Shown here piece after piece: positions 7,685 to 15,934 of a stretch of 64,000 nucleotides of DNA (position 1 is its first letter; each line of letters opens with the position of its first letter). The position numbers and the translations under genes are program-made. The stretch comes from an uncultured Candidatus Saccharibacteria bacterium (GTDB lineage Bacteria; Patescibacteriota; Saccharimonadia; Saccharimonadales; Saccharimonadaceae). The stretch lies in contig CAURZF010000002.1 in the NCBI GenBank assembly GCA_963529335.1, positions 38,339-102,338 of the forward strand, in the 5' to 3' direction. The notes beneath the pieces were generated by a model. The model searched no databases. It saw only the letters and a program-made list of their open reading frames with translations, and had not been told where the DNA came from.

Positions 7685-7758
7685 AAATCAAGTGTAACAC
7701 GCCGAAGGCTAATCGGCCAAAGCGTCGGTGAGTTACGAATCGCATACCCTAATTGCTA

Positions 7759-7977
7759 CTAATCCACATCAATAATTTCACCAGGCTTTAAGGCTCTTCC
7801 AACTGTCGTTTCAAACGATACTAGTGGACCACAGTCTGGTAAATCGGCACCACAAATACGCGGCTGAGGCTCGCGCTCAATACCTTGCCAAACATCACAA
7901 TTTTTTCGCACTGATGAATTATATAATGCAGTATGATTTACGTCAAGAGATTTTGCTAGCTTTTTTAATATAATCAC
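7759..7977 (-). CDS. Small hypothetical ORF (doubtful)
   Basis: 72-aa ORF whose only ATG overlaps the 3' end of the NUDIX gene by 35 nt. I recognised no motif, and it could be non-coding. Confidence 0.25.
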   Translation of the reverse strand: MIILKKLAKSLDVNHTALYNSSVRKNCDVWQGIEREPQPRICGADLPDCGPLVSFETTVGRALKPGEIIDVD

Positions 7978-8527
7978 GAGGCGTTAAATCTTCGGCCGAC
8001 TCAACATCGCGAAGCCACGGAAAATACCGGAGCACGTTGTCTTGATGCAGCACTTCTACCAAGGGCGCTGATCTAACCGTAATATTTTCGCCGGCATCAA
8101 GATGCTGCGCTGCTCGATGTAACGCTCCTGTAGCCAGAAACAAATAAGTAAACCACTCGATTTTCTTTTCTATCTGCACGACATCTAGCAGTCTCCAATT
8201 AGCAAAAGTCCAGCCTGTTTCTTCGCTAAATTCGCGCTGCGCCGCTGCTTGCACCGACTCGTCGCTAGAGTCAACCCGGCCGACTGGCAAATGGTTCTTG
8301 CGGACAATCCCGCCCGGTTGCTTTTCGTCGATTACTAGAACATCGCCAGCCTCGTCAAGCGCAATGACCATCACAGTGTCTGGACGGCGCAGCATTTCAA
8401 AAGTTTCTACGCTGCCATCGGGCATCTTTTGCGGCCATTGATGTACTTCATAAATCTCACCTCTAAAAACACAATCTGCTTTCGGAGGAATCAGACGAGC
8501 ACCTTTCGGCAAAACACGTTCGGTCAT
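7943..8527 (-). CDS. NUDIX hydrolase (ADP-ribose pyrophosphatase-like)
   Basis: Nudix box GRVDSSDESVQAAAQREFSEETGW (GX5EX7REUXEEXGU). Confidence 0.85.
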   Translation of the reverse strand: MTERVLPKGARLIPPKADCVFRGEIYEVHQWPQKMPDGSVETFEMLRRPDTVMVIALDEAGDVLVIDEKQPGGIVRKNHLPVGRVDSSDESVQAAAQREFSEETGWTFANWRLLDVVQIEKKIEWFTYLFLATGALHRAAQHLDAGENITVRSAPLVEVLHQDNVLRYFPWLRDVESAEDLTPRDYIKKASKIS

Positions 8528-8529
8528 CG

Positions 8530-8865
8530 CTATGCTCTCAACTTTTTTATCAAAATATCATAACCGTCAGTCACCTCATCTTGACGGCTGACGCCTAATT
8601 CCGCCATAATGCGCCACAGATCATCGGTTATAGCGGCAGGGTCGGCGTTCTCGCCAGCTAATCGCTCTAATTCCATAAAGTCGCCCAAGCCTTCCACCGA
8701 GTCGATACACACTTCCACATCATTCAGCTTACCAGTCCGGCGAGTCTTCGACAAGTCCGAAAACGGCACGAAACCTAGTTCCTTGACGATAGCGATCATG
8801 GCGTCTGGATCACCAACTTCCGTTTCGCGCTCAATACTATCCAGCTGCCCAGTATATAAATGATA
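8530..8865 (-). pseudogene. N-terminally truncated CYTH / CyaB-like (triphosphate tunnel) gene remnant
   Basis: The 89-aa ORF (8530-8799) contains only the C-terminal part of the fold (KLNDVEVCIDSVEGLGDFMELERL...). The frame stays open upstream to a TGA at 8866-8868 (YHLYTGQLDSIERETEVGDPDA-MIAIV...). The preceding gene ends at 8872, so the N-terminal half is absent. Confidence 0.5.
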
Positions 8866-8871
8866 TCACGT

Positions 8872-9444
8872 TTAGGACACATCCACTGGACCGATAATAT
8901 CCGTATTGCCAAAGTAAAAATCGGTTAAGACCTGCCGCCATGGCGTGCTGGTTGCCGCAGCATATATCATTTTGCCAATATCGCCATGGCAAGCCAACAA
9001 CACCGTTTGATCTGGATGTTGATACGCCATGAAATCAAGTACCCGCTGGCCGCGAGCCAATAACTCAGGAAAAGTCTCAGCGCCGTCAGGATGCAAAAAA
9101 TAGGTCACGTTTTCTGCTTTGATGATGTCCGGCGCGCAGATTTCCTCAATATCAGCGGCCGGCTTACCAGCCATAATGCCAAAATCACGCTCGATTAAAT
9201 CGTCGTGAACTATCGGCTCGGCAAGACCCAGCGCCGCCGCTACAATCGCCGCCGTCTCGAAAGCTCGACCAAGCGGCGATGCATACACTGCGTCAAAAAC
9301 TAGTTCCCTATCCTTGATGTGACGCGCCAATTGCCGCGCTTGCTGACGTCCCAAATCGGTCAGCGGCAGGTCGCGATGGCCGTTCAAAATCCCGCGCACA
9401 TTGTCTTCATTCTGGCCGTGGCGAGCGATATAGATAGTAGTCAT
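8872..9444 (-). CDS. Histidine phosphatase (phosphoglycerate mutase-like) family protein
   Basis: RHG motif IYIARHGQNEDN near the N-terminus and a second catalytic His in LLACHGDIG. I moved the start to the ATG at 9442-9444. TGATATACT lies 7 nt upstream. Confidence 0.85.
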   Translation of the reverse strand: MTTIYIARHGQNEDNVRGILNGHRDLPLTDLGRQQARQLARHIKDRELVFDAVYASPLGRAFETAAIVAAALGLAEPIVHDDLIERDFGIMAGKPAADIEEICAPDIIKAENVTYFLHPDGAETFPELLARGQRVLDFMAYQHPDQTVLLACHGDIGKMIYAAATSTPWRQVLTDFYFGNTDIIGPVDVS

Positions 9445-9520
9445 GAACCTTAGTATATCATCTCTATCGGGCGGCAAGAAACCTCATAGAAACCCTACTT
9501 ACCACTAAAATTCCTTGTTA

Positions 9521-9916
9521 TCAAACCATCGATACGTCCCGCGAATGACGCTCCAGCCAATCAGCAATCGCATCAATATCGAAATGATCGGTCGCGGCGC
9601 GGACAGCGAAATCTTCTAATTCAACAGCCGCCGCAGTCATTCTCCAGCCATTTCTCGCCAAAAAGATACCAGCAATCGTCACCGCTGTACGCTTATTGCC
9701 ATCGGTAAAGATGTGGTCTGCTATGCAATTACGCAAATAAACCGCCGCCTTTTCGTGAACTGACACATATTGCTCCTCACCAAAAACAACTGTTTGCGGC
9801 GCCGCCACCAGCGACTTTAGCCCCAGTTGATCGCGTACGCCATGCGAGCCGCCAAAATCCTCAATTATCCAAAAATGCAGCTCTAGAATTTCGTCAATCT
9901 CCAGATAGCGAATCAT
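9521..9916 (-). CDS. doc: Doc (death-on-curing) family toxin, Fic fold
   Basis: Doc-type Fic motif HIFTDGNKRTA (HxFx[DN][AG]NKR). It overlaps the antitoxin gene by 4 nt. Confidence 0.9.
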   Translation of the reverse strand: MIRYLEIDEILELHFWIIEDFGGSHGVRDQLGLKSLVAAPQTVVFGEEQYVSVHEKAAVYLRNCIADHIFTDGNKRTAVTIAGIFLARNGWRMTAAAVELEDFAVRAATDHFDIDAIADWLERHSRDVSMV

Positions 9917-10140
9917 CGGTCTGCCAAGTTTTTCAGCGTTTCGCCGTACTGCTTTTTGAAATCATCATAATCCTGACGAAGCGACGGCTTATTTGCTTGC
10001 TCAATTGGCTTTACCTGCTCAACCGTTAATCGCACCTCGTCGCCATCGCGAATCCCCAGCGCCCGCAAATCCCGCGCCGGCAGCGTCACGCCGCGGCTCG
10101 AACCAATCTTGATAACCTTCTGAATTGTAGTGATTGTCAT
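9913..10140 (-). CDS. AbrB/MazE/SpoVT-type antitoxin
   Basis: N-terminal swapped-hairpin pattern KVIKIGSSRGVTLPARDLRALGIRDGDEV. It is a 75-aa protein upstream of, and overlapping, doc. Confidence 0.85.
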   Translation of the reverse strand: MTITTIQKVIKIGSSRGVTLPARDLRALGIRDGDEVRLTVEQVKPIEQANKPSLRQDYDDFKKQYGETLKNLADR

Positions 10141-10146
10141 GCGAAT

Positions 10147-10175
10147 ATTATAACAAAATTATAATTTTATTGCAA
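10147..10175 (-). promoter_or_regulatory. Leaderless promoter of the toxin-antitoxin operon with embedded palindromic operator
   Basis: On the minus strand: TTGCAA (10175-10170), 17 nt, TATAAT (10152-10147), 6 nt, ATG (10140). The spacer contains the perfect 14-bp palindrome AAAATTATAATTTT. Confidence 0.6.
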
Positions 10176-10198
10176 TATTAGCGAAACCAAATCAATAT

Positions 10199-10693
10199 TT
10201 ACCGCACGATTTCGCTATGCAGCTCCTGCCATTTCATATGCGCCCCATACGCTCGAGCTGGCGCGTCAACCTCACTTTCCTGGAGCAACAACTCCTCAGG
10301 GTCGATAAACATTACTTCGTCACCCTCTTCACCTGGCGCAAAGTCAAAATTCTCCGGCCAGACACGGCAATAAAAACAGATTTGATTGGCATCAATCCGC
10401 TCAATATACATCTCGTCCGACGCATCAAACAGTTGATAGCGCAAATCGCCTTTATAGCCGACTTCTTCGAACAACTCGCGTTTCAACGATAATTCAAAAT
10501 CCTCATCGTAATCCATGCCTCCGCCCGGCAAATCCCAGTACGTCCGATTGATTTCCTTAACGACCAAAATTTGCCCAGCATCGTTATAAATCAAGGCTTT
10601 GAGCGAAATGCGATACAGACAATCCAGATGATCTGTGCCGTCTAGATTTTGCGTAATGATATGTCCTTTGGTGATTTTTGTCATGAGAGTCAT
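10199..10693 (-). CDS. NUDIX hydrolase
   Basis: Nudix box GGGMDYDEDFELSLKRELFEEVGY. Confidence 0.85.
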   Translation of the reverse strand: MTLMTKITKGHIITQNLDGTDHLDCLYRISLKALIYNDAGQILVVKEINRTYWDLPGGGMDYDEDFELSLKRELFEEVGYKGDLRYQLFDASDEMYIERIDANQICFYCRVWPENFDFAPGEEGDEVMFIDPEELLLQESEVDAPARAYGAHMKWQELHSEIVR

Positions 10694-10803
10694 TATACTA
10701 CACCCGAACGCCAGATGGCTGATACCATTTCACCTACAGTATATTCTGTCTTTCCAATATCCATGATTAACTGCTCATTGGGTGTTAACACGTTGGGAAT
10801 TAT

Positions 10804-11421
10804 CTAATTGTGATACTCTTTTATTTTACCGTCATATTCAGTCAAAAGATTCTTTGAATAAATTTTTTCATTTTTTGAATTTCTAACTTCTTTCCAAAGA
10901 ATAGAAGCTACTTTTAATTTGTTCGAATAGTTGCGGCTATTTTCATCTGCACAGAAATCCTTTAAAAATTGATTCCATTGACAAACCGAATTATCATATT
11001 TGGCATAATCTGACTCGCCATAATACACCTTTAGCAAATCTTTGATTGTAAATTTGCTATCCTTTTCGCTTTTTACTTTCCGCCAAGCAGTCGCCATATC
11101 GGCAGTAAATTTAAAAGGTGTAATACCTGTTACGGCGGAGAAATATTCTCTAAATTTTGCGTTAAAGGAAAACCCACATTCAAGTAATGGCATATCTAGA
11201 GTAATATTTTCAACTTGCTTCTTTTCATTTTTTATTAGTGATTTTTTAATCAGATTACCCTTAAAGTACTGCTCAATAATGTGATTGAGTTCTTGTTTTG
11301 TACCTCTATATTCTAATCCTAATGACTTGCATATCTGTGAAAGTTCTTCACGATACCAATAATATTTATTAAACTCGTCAAACGATGCAATTTTATCAAA
11401 CTCAGGTCTACTTTCTATCAA
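10804..11421 (-). CDS. SAP-domain-containing hypothetical protein, visibly AT-rich (likely foreign)
   Basis: The N-terminal region YWYREELSQICKSLGLEYRGTKQELNHIIEQYF looks like a SAP helix-extended-helix motif. It has a TTG start preceded by GAGGAG with 8-nt spacing. Its base composition is clearly more AT-rich than the flanks. Confidence 0.7.
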   Translation of the reverse strand: MIESRPEFDKIASFDEFNKYYWYREELSQICKSLGLEYRGTKQELNHIIEQYFKGNLIKKSLIKNEKKQVENITLDMPLLECGFSFNAKFREYFSAVTGITPFKFTADMATAWRKVKSEKDSKFTIKDLLKVYYGESDYAKYDNSVCQWNQFLKDFCADENSRNYSNKLKVASILWKEVRNSKNEKIYSKNLLTEYDGKIKEYHN

Positions 11422-11465
11422 TATTTTAGCTCCTCAAAACTAATTTATTTTTTCATATCTAGTAT

Positions 11466-12809
11466 CTACAGCTCTCCGACCCTCACCCGCCGCTGCTCCG
11501 TCGTATCCCGCTCACGCACGGTGACCGTGCCGTCCTCCAGCGTCTGGAAGTCGATGACCACGCAGTGCGGCGTGCCGATTTCGTCTTGGCGGCGGTAGCG
11601 TTTGCCGATGTTGCCGTTGTCGTCCCACATCACTCGGCCTGGGTTGGCTTTGGCGAGTGCGGCGTAGACGTCGCGGGCTTTTTCCACCAATTCTGGCTTG
11701 TTCTTGAGCAGTGGCGAAACGGCAAATTTGACCGGCGCCAAGTGCTCTGGCAGCGCCAAGTACACCCGCTTTTCACCGTTTTGCTCGTCCTCGCGGTACG
11801 CGCCCGACAACACCGCCATTAGCGCTCGCTCGACACCAAACGACGGCTCGATGACGTGCGGAACAAATTTTGTGTTCGTTCCCTTGACGGTGTACTCCAT
11901 GCTCTTACCACTGACCCGCTGGATGTTCATCAAGTCAAAATCAGTTCGGTACGCGATGCCCATCAACTCCTCGCAGCCAATCGGATAATCGTATTCGATG
12001 TCGATCGTCTTTTTGCTGTAGTGCGCCCGATCCTCCGCTGGCACGTCCAGCTCGTGAATGTGCTCTGGTTTCAGACCTAGTTCTGCCAAAAAAGCATGTG
12101 TCGCCGCCAGTAGCTCATCAAATGCCTCCTGCCAATGCTCGGGATCGACGAAATATTCAATCTCCATCTGCTCAAACTCGCGAGAGCGGAAGACGAAATC
12201 GCGCGGCGCAATCTCATTACGAAACGCTTTACCCTGCTGAGCAATACCAAACGGTAAATTAGGGTAGAAACTATCGACGACGTTTTTGAAATTGGTGAAG
12301 ATACCTTGGGCGGTTTCTGGGCGGAGATAAGAAATACTGTCATCACTCTCGGTCGCGCCAACGTGCGTTTTGAACATCATATTAAAGGTGCGCGATTTGC
12401 TCAGCGGATTGCCATCGGGGCTTTTGATGCCTTTCTCAGCAATCACCGCATCCATCTGCTCCATGGTCATGCCATCTACATCAACGCCATTGTCCTTGAG
12501 GATATGATCGGTGCGAAAACGGCGGTGATTGACCGTGTCTTCGCACAGCGGATCGACGAAGGTATCAACATGCCCACTCGCCCGCCAGACCTTCTGGTTC
12601 ATCAAAATCGACGCATCCACGCCATACATATCGTCGCGCTCGTCAACAAACCGGCGCCACCATAAATTCATGATATTACGCTTCAGTTGCACGCCCAGCG
12701 GACCATAATCCCACGTACCGCTCAACCCGCCGTATACATCCGACCCCTGATAAATAAAGCCGCGGCGCTTGCACAGACTAATAATATCTTCCATTTTTGC
12801 TTGACTCAC
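11466..12809 (-). CDS. glyQS: Glycine--tRNA ligase (dimeric GlyQS type)
   Basis: N-terminal ISLCKRRGFIYQGSDVYGGLSGTWDYGPLGVQLKRNI and class II motifs (FRNEIAPRDFVFRSREFEQME; SFGVERA). It has a GTG start with an upstream GGAGAAAGGAG. Confidence 0.95.
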   Translation of the reverse strand: MSQAKMEDIISLCKRRGFIYQGSDVYGGLSGTWDYGPLGVQLKRNIMNLWWRRFVDERDDMYGVDASILMNQKVWRASGHVDTFVDPLCEDTVNHRRFRTDHILKDNGVDVDGMTMEQMDAVIAEKGIKSPDGNPLSKSRTFNMMFKTHVGATESDDSISYLRPETAQGIFTNFKNVVDSFYPNLPFGIAQQGKAFRNEIAPRDFVFRSREFEQMEIEYFVDPEHWQEAFDELLAATHAFLAELGLKPEHIHELDVPAEDRAHYSKKTIDIEYDYPIGCEELMGIAYRTDFDLMNIQRVSGKSMEYTVKGTNTKFVPHVIEPSFGVERALMAVLSGAYREDEQNGEKRVYLALPEHLAPVKFAVSPLLKNKPELVEKARDVYAALAKANPGRVMWDDNGNIGKRYRRQDEIGTPHCVVIDFQTLEDGTVTVRERDTTEQRRVRVGEL

Positions 12810-12924
12810 AAGAAGTCTCCTTTCTCCTCTCTGCGTTGGTGAGCGCGAGCACTTAACTCTTTATGTTTTAGTATAACACGCTTTGGTTTTTGATGGCTTC
12901 GCTGCAATACGGACAATTCAACAA

Positions 12925-13599
12925 CTAAACGCCCGCATGTTGGCGAGCCAATAACCAGCAGCCTGGCAATATCTGCTCGACCCCGCCAATTTGCGCCACC
13001 AGACGCAACGATTTATTCGCTGCTAAGCGCAAAAACTTAATATGATCAGCGGTAAGCTCTCCTTGTTCGCTCAGTCGCAAGCCTCGCTCAATCGAATCGT
13101 ACATGTAGCGCTTTTGGCGATCAAGCGGCTGGCCAGCAACATCGTTCACTAAACTCAGCTCATAGCCTGTTAGCTCAGCGTAGCGCAAGTAAAACCATAC
13201 TTGCACCAACTGCAAAGAAACTACATCGCCCAAGCCTGCCAGCGTCTCGCTTAGCACTTCAAACCATTCTGGAATATCGACGTCGCGGCTGGCGCGTTCA
13301 ACCAGTTTGATACATTCATAACCAAATTGTAAGCGGTCATAGTCTTGCAAAATCTGGCGGTAAAAACGATCAAGCCGCGCCTGCGTAATCGTATACAGGC
13401 TACCTTTACCGCGGCGCAACACTACATCGCTAACCGCAAACAGCTCGATGCCGCCCGCCAAGCGGCTTTTTTCGCGCCGCACGCCGCGCGCTATAGCACT
13501 GCGTTGCCCTAGCGGCGTTAATAGTGTCAAAATGCGATCTGCCTCGCCGTAATTCGTCCGGCGCAGCACTATCGCTTTAGTACGTTCAATAGCAGTCAT
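12925..13599 (-). CDS. recO: DNA repair protein RecO
   Basis: The N-terminal OB-fold pattern KAIVLRRTNYGEADRILTLLTPLGQRSAIARGVRREKSRLAGGIELF is typical of RecO. Its ATG overlaps the stop of the response regulator. Confidence 0.88.
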   Translation of the reverse strand: MTAIERTKAIVLRRTNYGEADRILTLLTPLGQRSAIARGVRREKSRLAGGIELFAVSDVVLRRGKGSLYTITQARLDRFYRQILQDYDRLQFGYECIKLVERASRDVDIPEWFEVLSETLAGLGDVVSLQLVQVWFYLRYAELTGYELSLVNDVAGQPLDRQKRYMYDSIERGLRLSEQGELTADHIKFLRLAANKSLRLVAQIGGVEQILPGCWLLARQHAGV

Positions 13600-13961
13600 G
13601 CTGCCACCTCTCGCACCGCTTTGGCAATATCATCTGGATGCATCGATACTTTGTCTAATAATAATCGCACGCCGTACGGCCGCAACTGCTCGAGAGTAAT
13701 GTCATTTGCACTTGTTGTACACACGACAACAGGAATGCGGCCTAGGTCGTCATACGATTGCAACTCGTGCAGCAGCACTAAACCATTTGGGCCTGGCATG
13801 AATAAATCAAGAATAATCACCGCGGGTCGAAAACTATCTATCAAATCAAGCGCTTCTATGGCATTTGGAGCACTCTGTACTACCATACCGTTGTGCTCGA
13901 GACGCCGCGTAAACAGCTTCGCTAGCCACTCGTCATCATCAATTACTAGCACGCGCGTCAT
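13596..13961 (-). CDS. Single-domain response regulator (receiver only)
   Basis: CheY-like pattern: VLVIDDD, phospho-acceptor region IILDLFMPGPNG, and a conserved T/K region. It has no output domain. Confidence 0.9.
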   Translation of the reverse strand: MTRVLVIDDDEWLAKLFTRRLEHNGMVVQSAPNAIEALDLIDSFRPAVIILDLFMPGPNGLVLLHELQSYDDLGRIPVVVCTTSANDITLEQLRPYGVRLLLDKVSMHPDDIAKAVREVAA

Positions 13962-14677
13962 AATAGCCTCAGCTGCGTCGATGCTGGTACATCAACATAA
14001 AAAGTTGCGCCATCGCGATGACGGATAACGCCAATTTGTGCGCCAATTGCTAAAGCAAACTCATTAGCGATAAACATACCCAGCCCGCTGCTGCCTGGAC
14101 GATTATGCAGCGGCAGCGGCTCGCGCAACCCTTGGCGCAACGCCCGCCAAGCTAGCGCTGGAATTGCCGGTCCAAAATCACGTACCCCGATCCGTACCCG
14201 CTGATTACTGTCGGTAGCCCGCACCGAGATCGCTACCGACGAGTCATCAGCGCTATAGTGTAGTGCGTTATCAGCAAAGTTAGCAACGATTCGCCGCAAT
14301 AAATCACGATTTGCCACCATTAGTCGCTGACGAGATTTTACCTGGGTTTTTAGAGACTTATTATGAGCATGGTACAGCGGTTGAAGTTCGCTCATCACTT
14401 CGTTGCAAAGACCAGCCGCATCAATCGCTTCTAACGTGAATAAGGCGTTTTCTAGGCGGCGAGCTTTGGTTAAATCTGTCGTCAAGCGCAGCGCCCTTTC
14501 GGCCGTCAGTGTGATCCGCTGCGCCAAGACAGCCCGCTCAAGCGCCGTATACTCCCCTGCTTCTAACTCAATCGCCAACTGGCGAATCAGAGCAAGCGGC
14601 GCTTTCAGCTCGTGCGCCGCCACTGTAAACGACGGTGAATCTGCCCACAAACCAGCCTGCGCCTTACCCTCCTGCAT
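13958..14677 (-). CDS. Soluble minimal histidine kinase (DHp plus CA only)
   Basis: H-box FTVAAHELKAPLALI, N-box ANFADNALHYS, and G-boxes VRDFGPAI and GSSGLGMFIA. It has no TM segment or sensor domain. TAAACT lies 6 nt before the ATG. Confidence 0.85.
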   Translation of the reverse strand: MQEGKAQAGLWADSPSFTVAAHELKAPLALIRQLAIELEAGEYTALERAVLAQRITLTAERALRLTTDLTKARRLENALFTLEAIDAAGLCNEVMSELQPLYHAHNKSLKTQVKSRQRLMVANRDLLRRIVANFADNALHYSADDSSVAISVRATDSNQRVRIGVRDFGPAIPALAWRALRQGLREPLPLHNRPGSSGLGMFIANEFALAIGAQIGVIRHRDGATFYVDVPASTQLRLL

Positions 14678-14727
14678 ACACCTAGTTTAGCATGCTGCAG
14701 CAGGCTGTTCTAGCACAAGCAAAACGC

Positions 14728-15390
14728 TTATTCGTTGAATTTGAGAGTCTTCAGCAGCTTCTCGTAGTCAGCAGTGAAAACGTCGCCGTCAGTACGCATC
14801 GTCAGTGTACGATCGCGCATCTTCAGCAGTACTGCCGTACCAAAAGTATCTTTATCAAAGTTACCAACTAGCTTGGTACCTGTATGCCTGCCGTCATTGT
14901 AAACGCTGGACTTCAAGTCACCTCTTTTAATTAACGGATCGTAAGTGGATACAGATTTGTCATAAGTTTTTTGCTCAATTGTTATCCTCAAGGCGATTTT
15001 CGATTCTCTAACAATCGGCGGGATTGTCACTGGGTTCAGATAAGCTTCATATGTCACGCCGCCGCCCTTGCTAATATCTGTTGCCTGATAAGCGCTCCAA
15101 GTCTTGGGATATTCAAATGTCAAGGCGCCGTAATCTGACGGCCCGTTAAACTGCCGATTCGGCTCTTTCTCGCGCTTTTCGAAGTCGCTCTCTAGCTTCT
15201 CGCTATTCTCTTTGACAGCCTGAGCTTTAGCTGTCTCGATTTTCTCATCGACGTTTTCTTTCTGGTCGAGATATTGCATATATGACCAAATACTAAAACC
15301 GCCGAACCCCAGCACCAACACTACCAATACCGCAATAGCGACAATACTGCCAGTGATAGCGCCTTTTTCTGTATGATGCCTACTCTTCAT
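14728..15390 (-). CDS. Membrane-anchored hypothetical protein
   Basis: One N-terminal TM helix (GSIVAIAVLVVLVLGFGGFSIW) is followed by a charged coiled segment and a beta-rich domain. TATAAT lies 7 nt before the ATG. Confidence 0.7.
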   Translation of the reverse strand: MKSRHHTEKGAITGSIVAIAVLVVLVLGFGGFSIWSYMQYLDQKENVDEKIETAKAQAVKENSEKLESDFEKREKEPNRQFNGPSDYGALTFEYPKTWSAYQATDISKGGGVTYEAYLNPVTIPPIVRESKIALRITIEQKTYDKSVSTYDPLIKRGDLKSSVYNDGRHTGTKLVGNFDKDTFGTAVLLKMRDRTLTMRTDGDVFTADYEKLLKTLKFNE

Positions 15391-15430
15391 GCTTACGATT
15401 ATACTTTGTCGAGGCTAAATATGCAAAGGT

Positions 15431-15934
15431 TTAACTTTGCGGCTGCAGTAAATAGAGATTATGCGCGCCCACGGTCTTGTGCAAAGTAAACCCAGCCGCC
15501 TTGAAACCATAGCTAAGCAGCCAGACATCACGCCCAAGACGATTAGTTTCGTGCTGCAAATACTGCACCATCTTGGCGATATCACGAGCATCACCAAAAA
15601 GATAAACGACCGTCGTCTCGGCTGGCAGCGGCGTATGCCAAAAATTAGCTAACCGCACCGACACTTTCTCGTCATGCCGCGATAACCAACGTGAAATCAG
15701 TACTAGCAGCGGTTGTAGTTCGTAACCAATCGCCCGCGCGCCGCGGCGGCTCGCTTCGCGCAGCACTACGCCGTCGCCCGAGCCAATATCCACCAACACG
15801 TCAGTTTTTTTGAGCCGATATAGCTCATCAAAAGCTTTTTGCAAGTCGCGGCGCCGCGACGGCACGTACGGTGCGCCCGTGAAAGCCACAAAGCCAAACA
15901 GCAGCACCACAGCAGCGACAGCGGCAAAAATCAC
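15431..15934 (-). CDS. Class I SAM-dependent methyltransferase
   Basis: Motif I VLVDIGSGDGVVL and an acidic motif II (IGYELQP). It overlaps xseB by 4 nt. Confidence 0.8.
   Translation of the reverse strand: MIFAAVAAVVLLFGFVAFTGAPYVPSRRRDLQKAFDELYRLKKTDVLVDIGSGDGVVLREASRRGARAIGYELQPLLVLISRWLSRHDEKVSVRLANFWHTPLPAETTVVYLFGDARDIAKMVQYLQHETNRLGRDVWLLSYGFKAAGFTLHKTVGAHNLYLLQPQS

Noticed and set aside
7685-7758. tRNA-like fragment (…GGTGAGTTACGAATCGCATACCC…)
   Set aside because: No acceptor stem, anticodon arm or proper GTTCGAATC T-loop context can be drawn. It is not a tRNA.
10693-10764. 23-codon minus-strand ORF (MDIGKTEYTVGEMVSAIWRSGVV) whose TAA overlaps the NUDIX ATG (TAATG)
   Set aside because: It is too short to support as a gene and has no recognisable signal. 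It may be a remnant of a displaced gene or an upstream coupling ORF. I note it but do not call it.
12810-12924. Possible T-box leader upstream of glyQS (also checked before serS, lysS and proS)
   Set aside because: The glyQS leader is at most about 80 nt. It has no AGAGA/GNUGGNA T-box sequence, specifier loop or terminator. The serS, lysS and proS starts sit 6-9 nt after a -10 box, which leaves no leader at all.
13621-14028. 135-aa plus-strand ORF antisense to the response regulator and histidine kinase. Similar long antisense ORFs occur at 43075-43503, 49429-49881, 59581-60036 and 24025-24453.
   Set aside because: All of them overlap confidently identified genes on the other strand. They lack start signals and have Ser/Arg/Cys-biased composition. 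I treat them as non-coding shadows.
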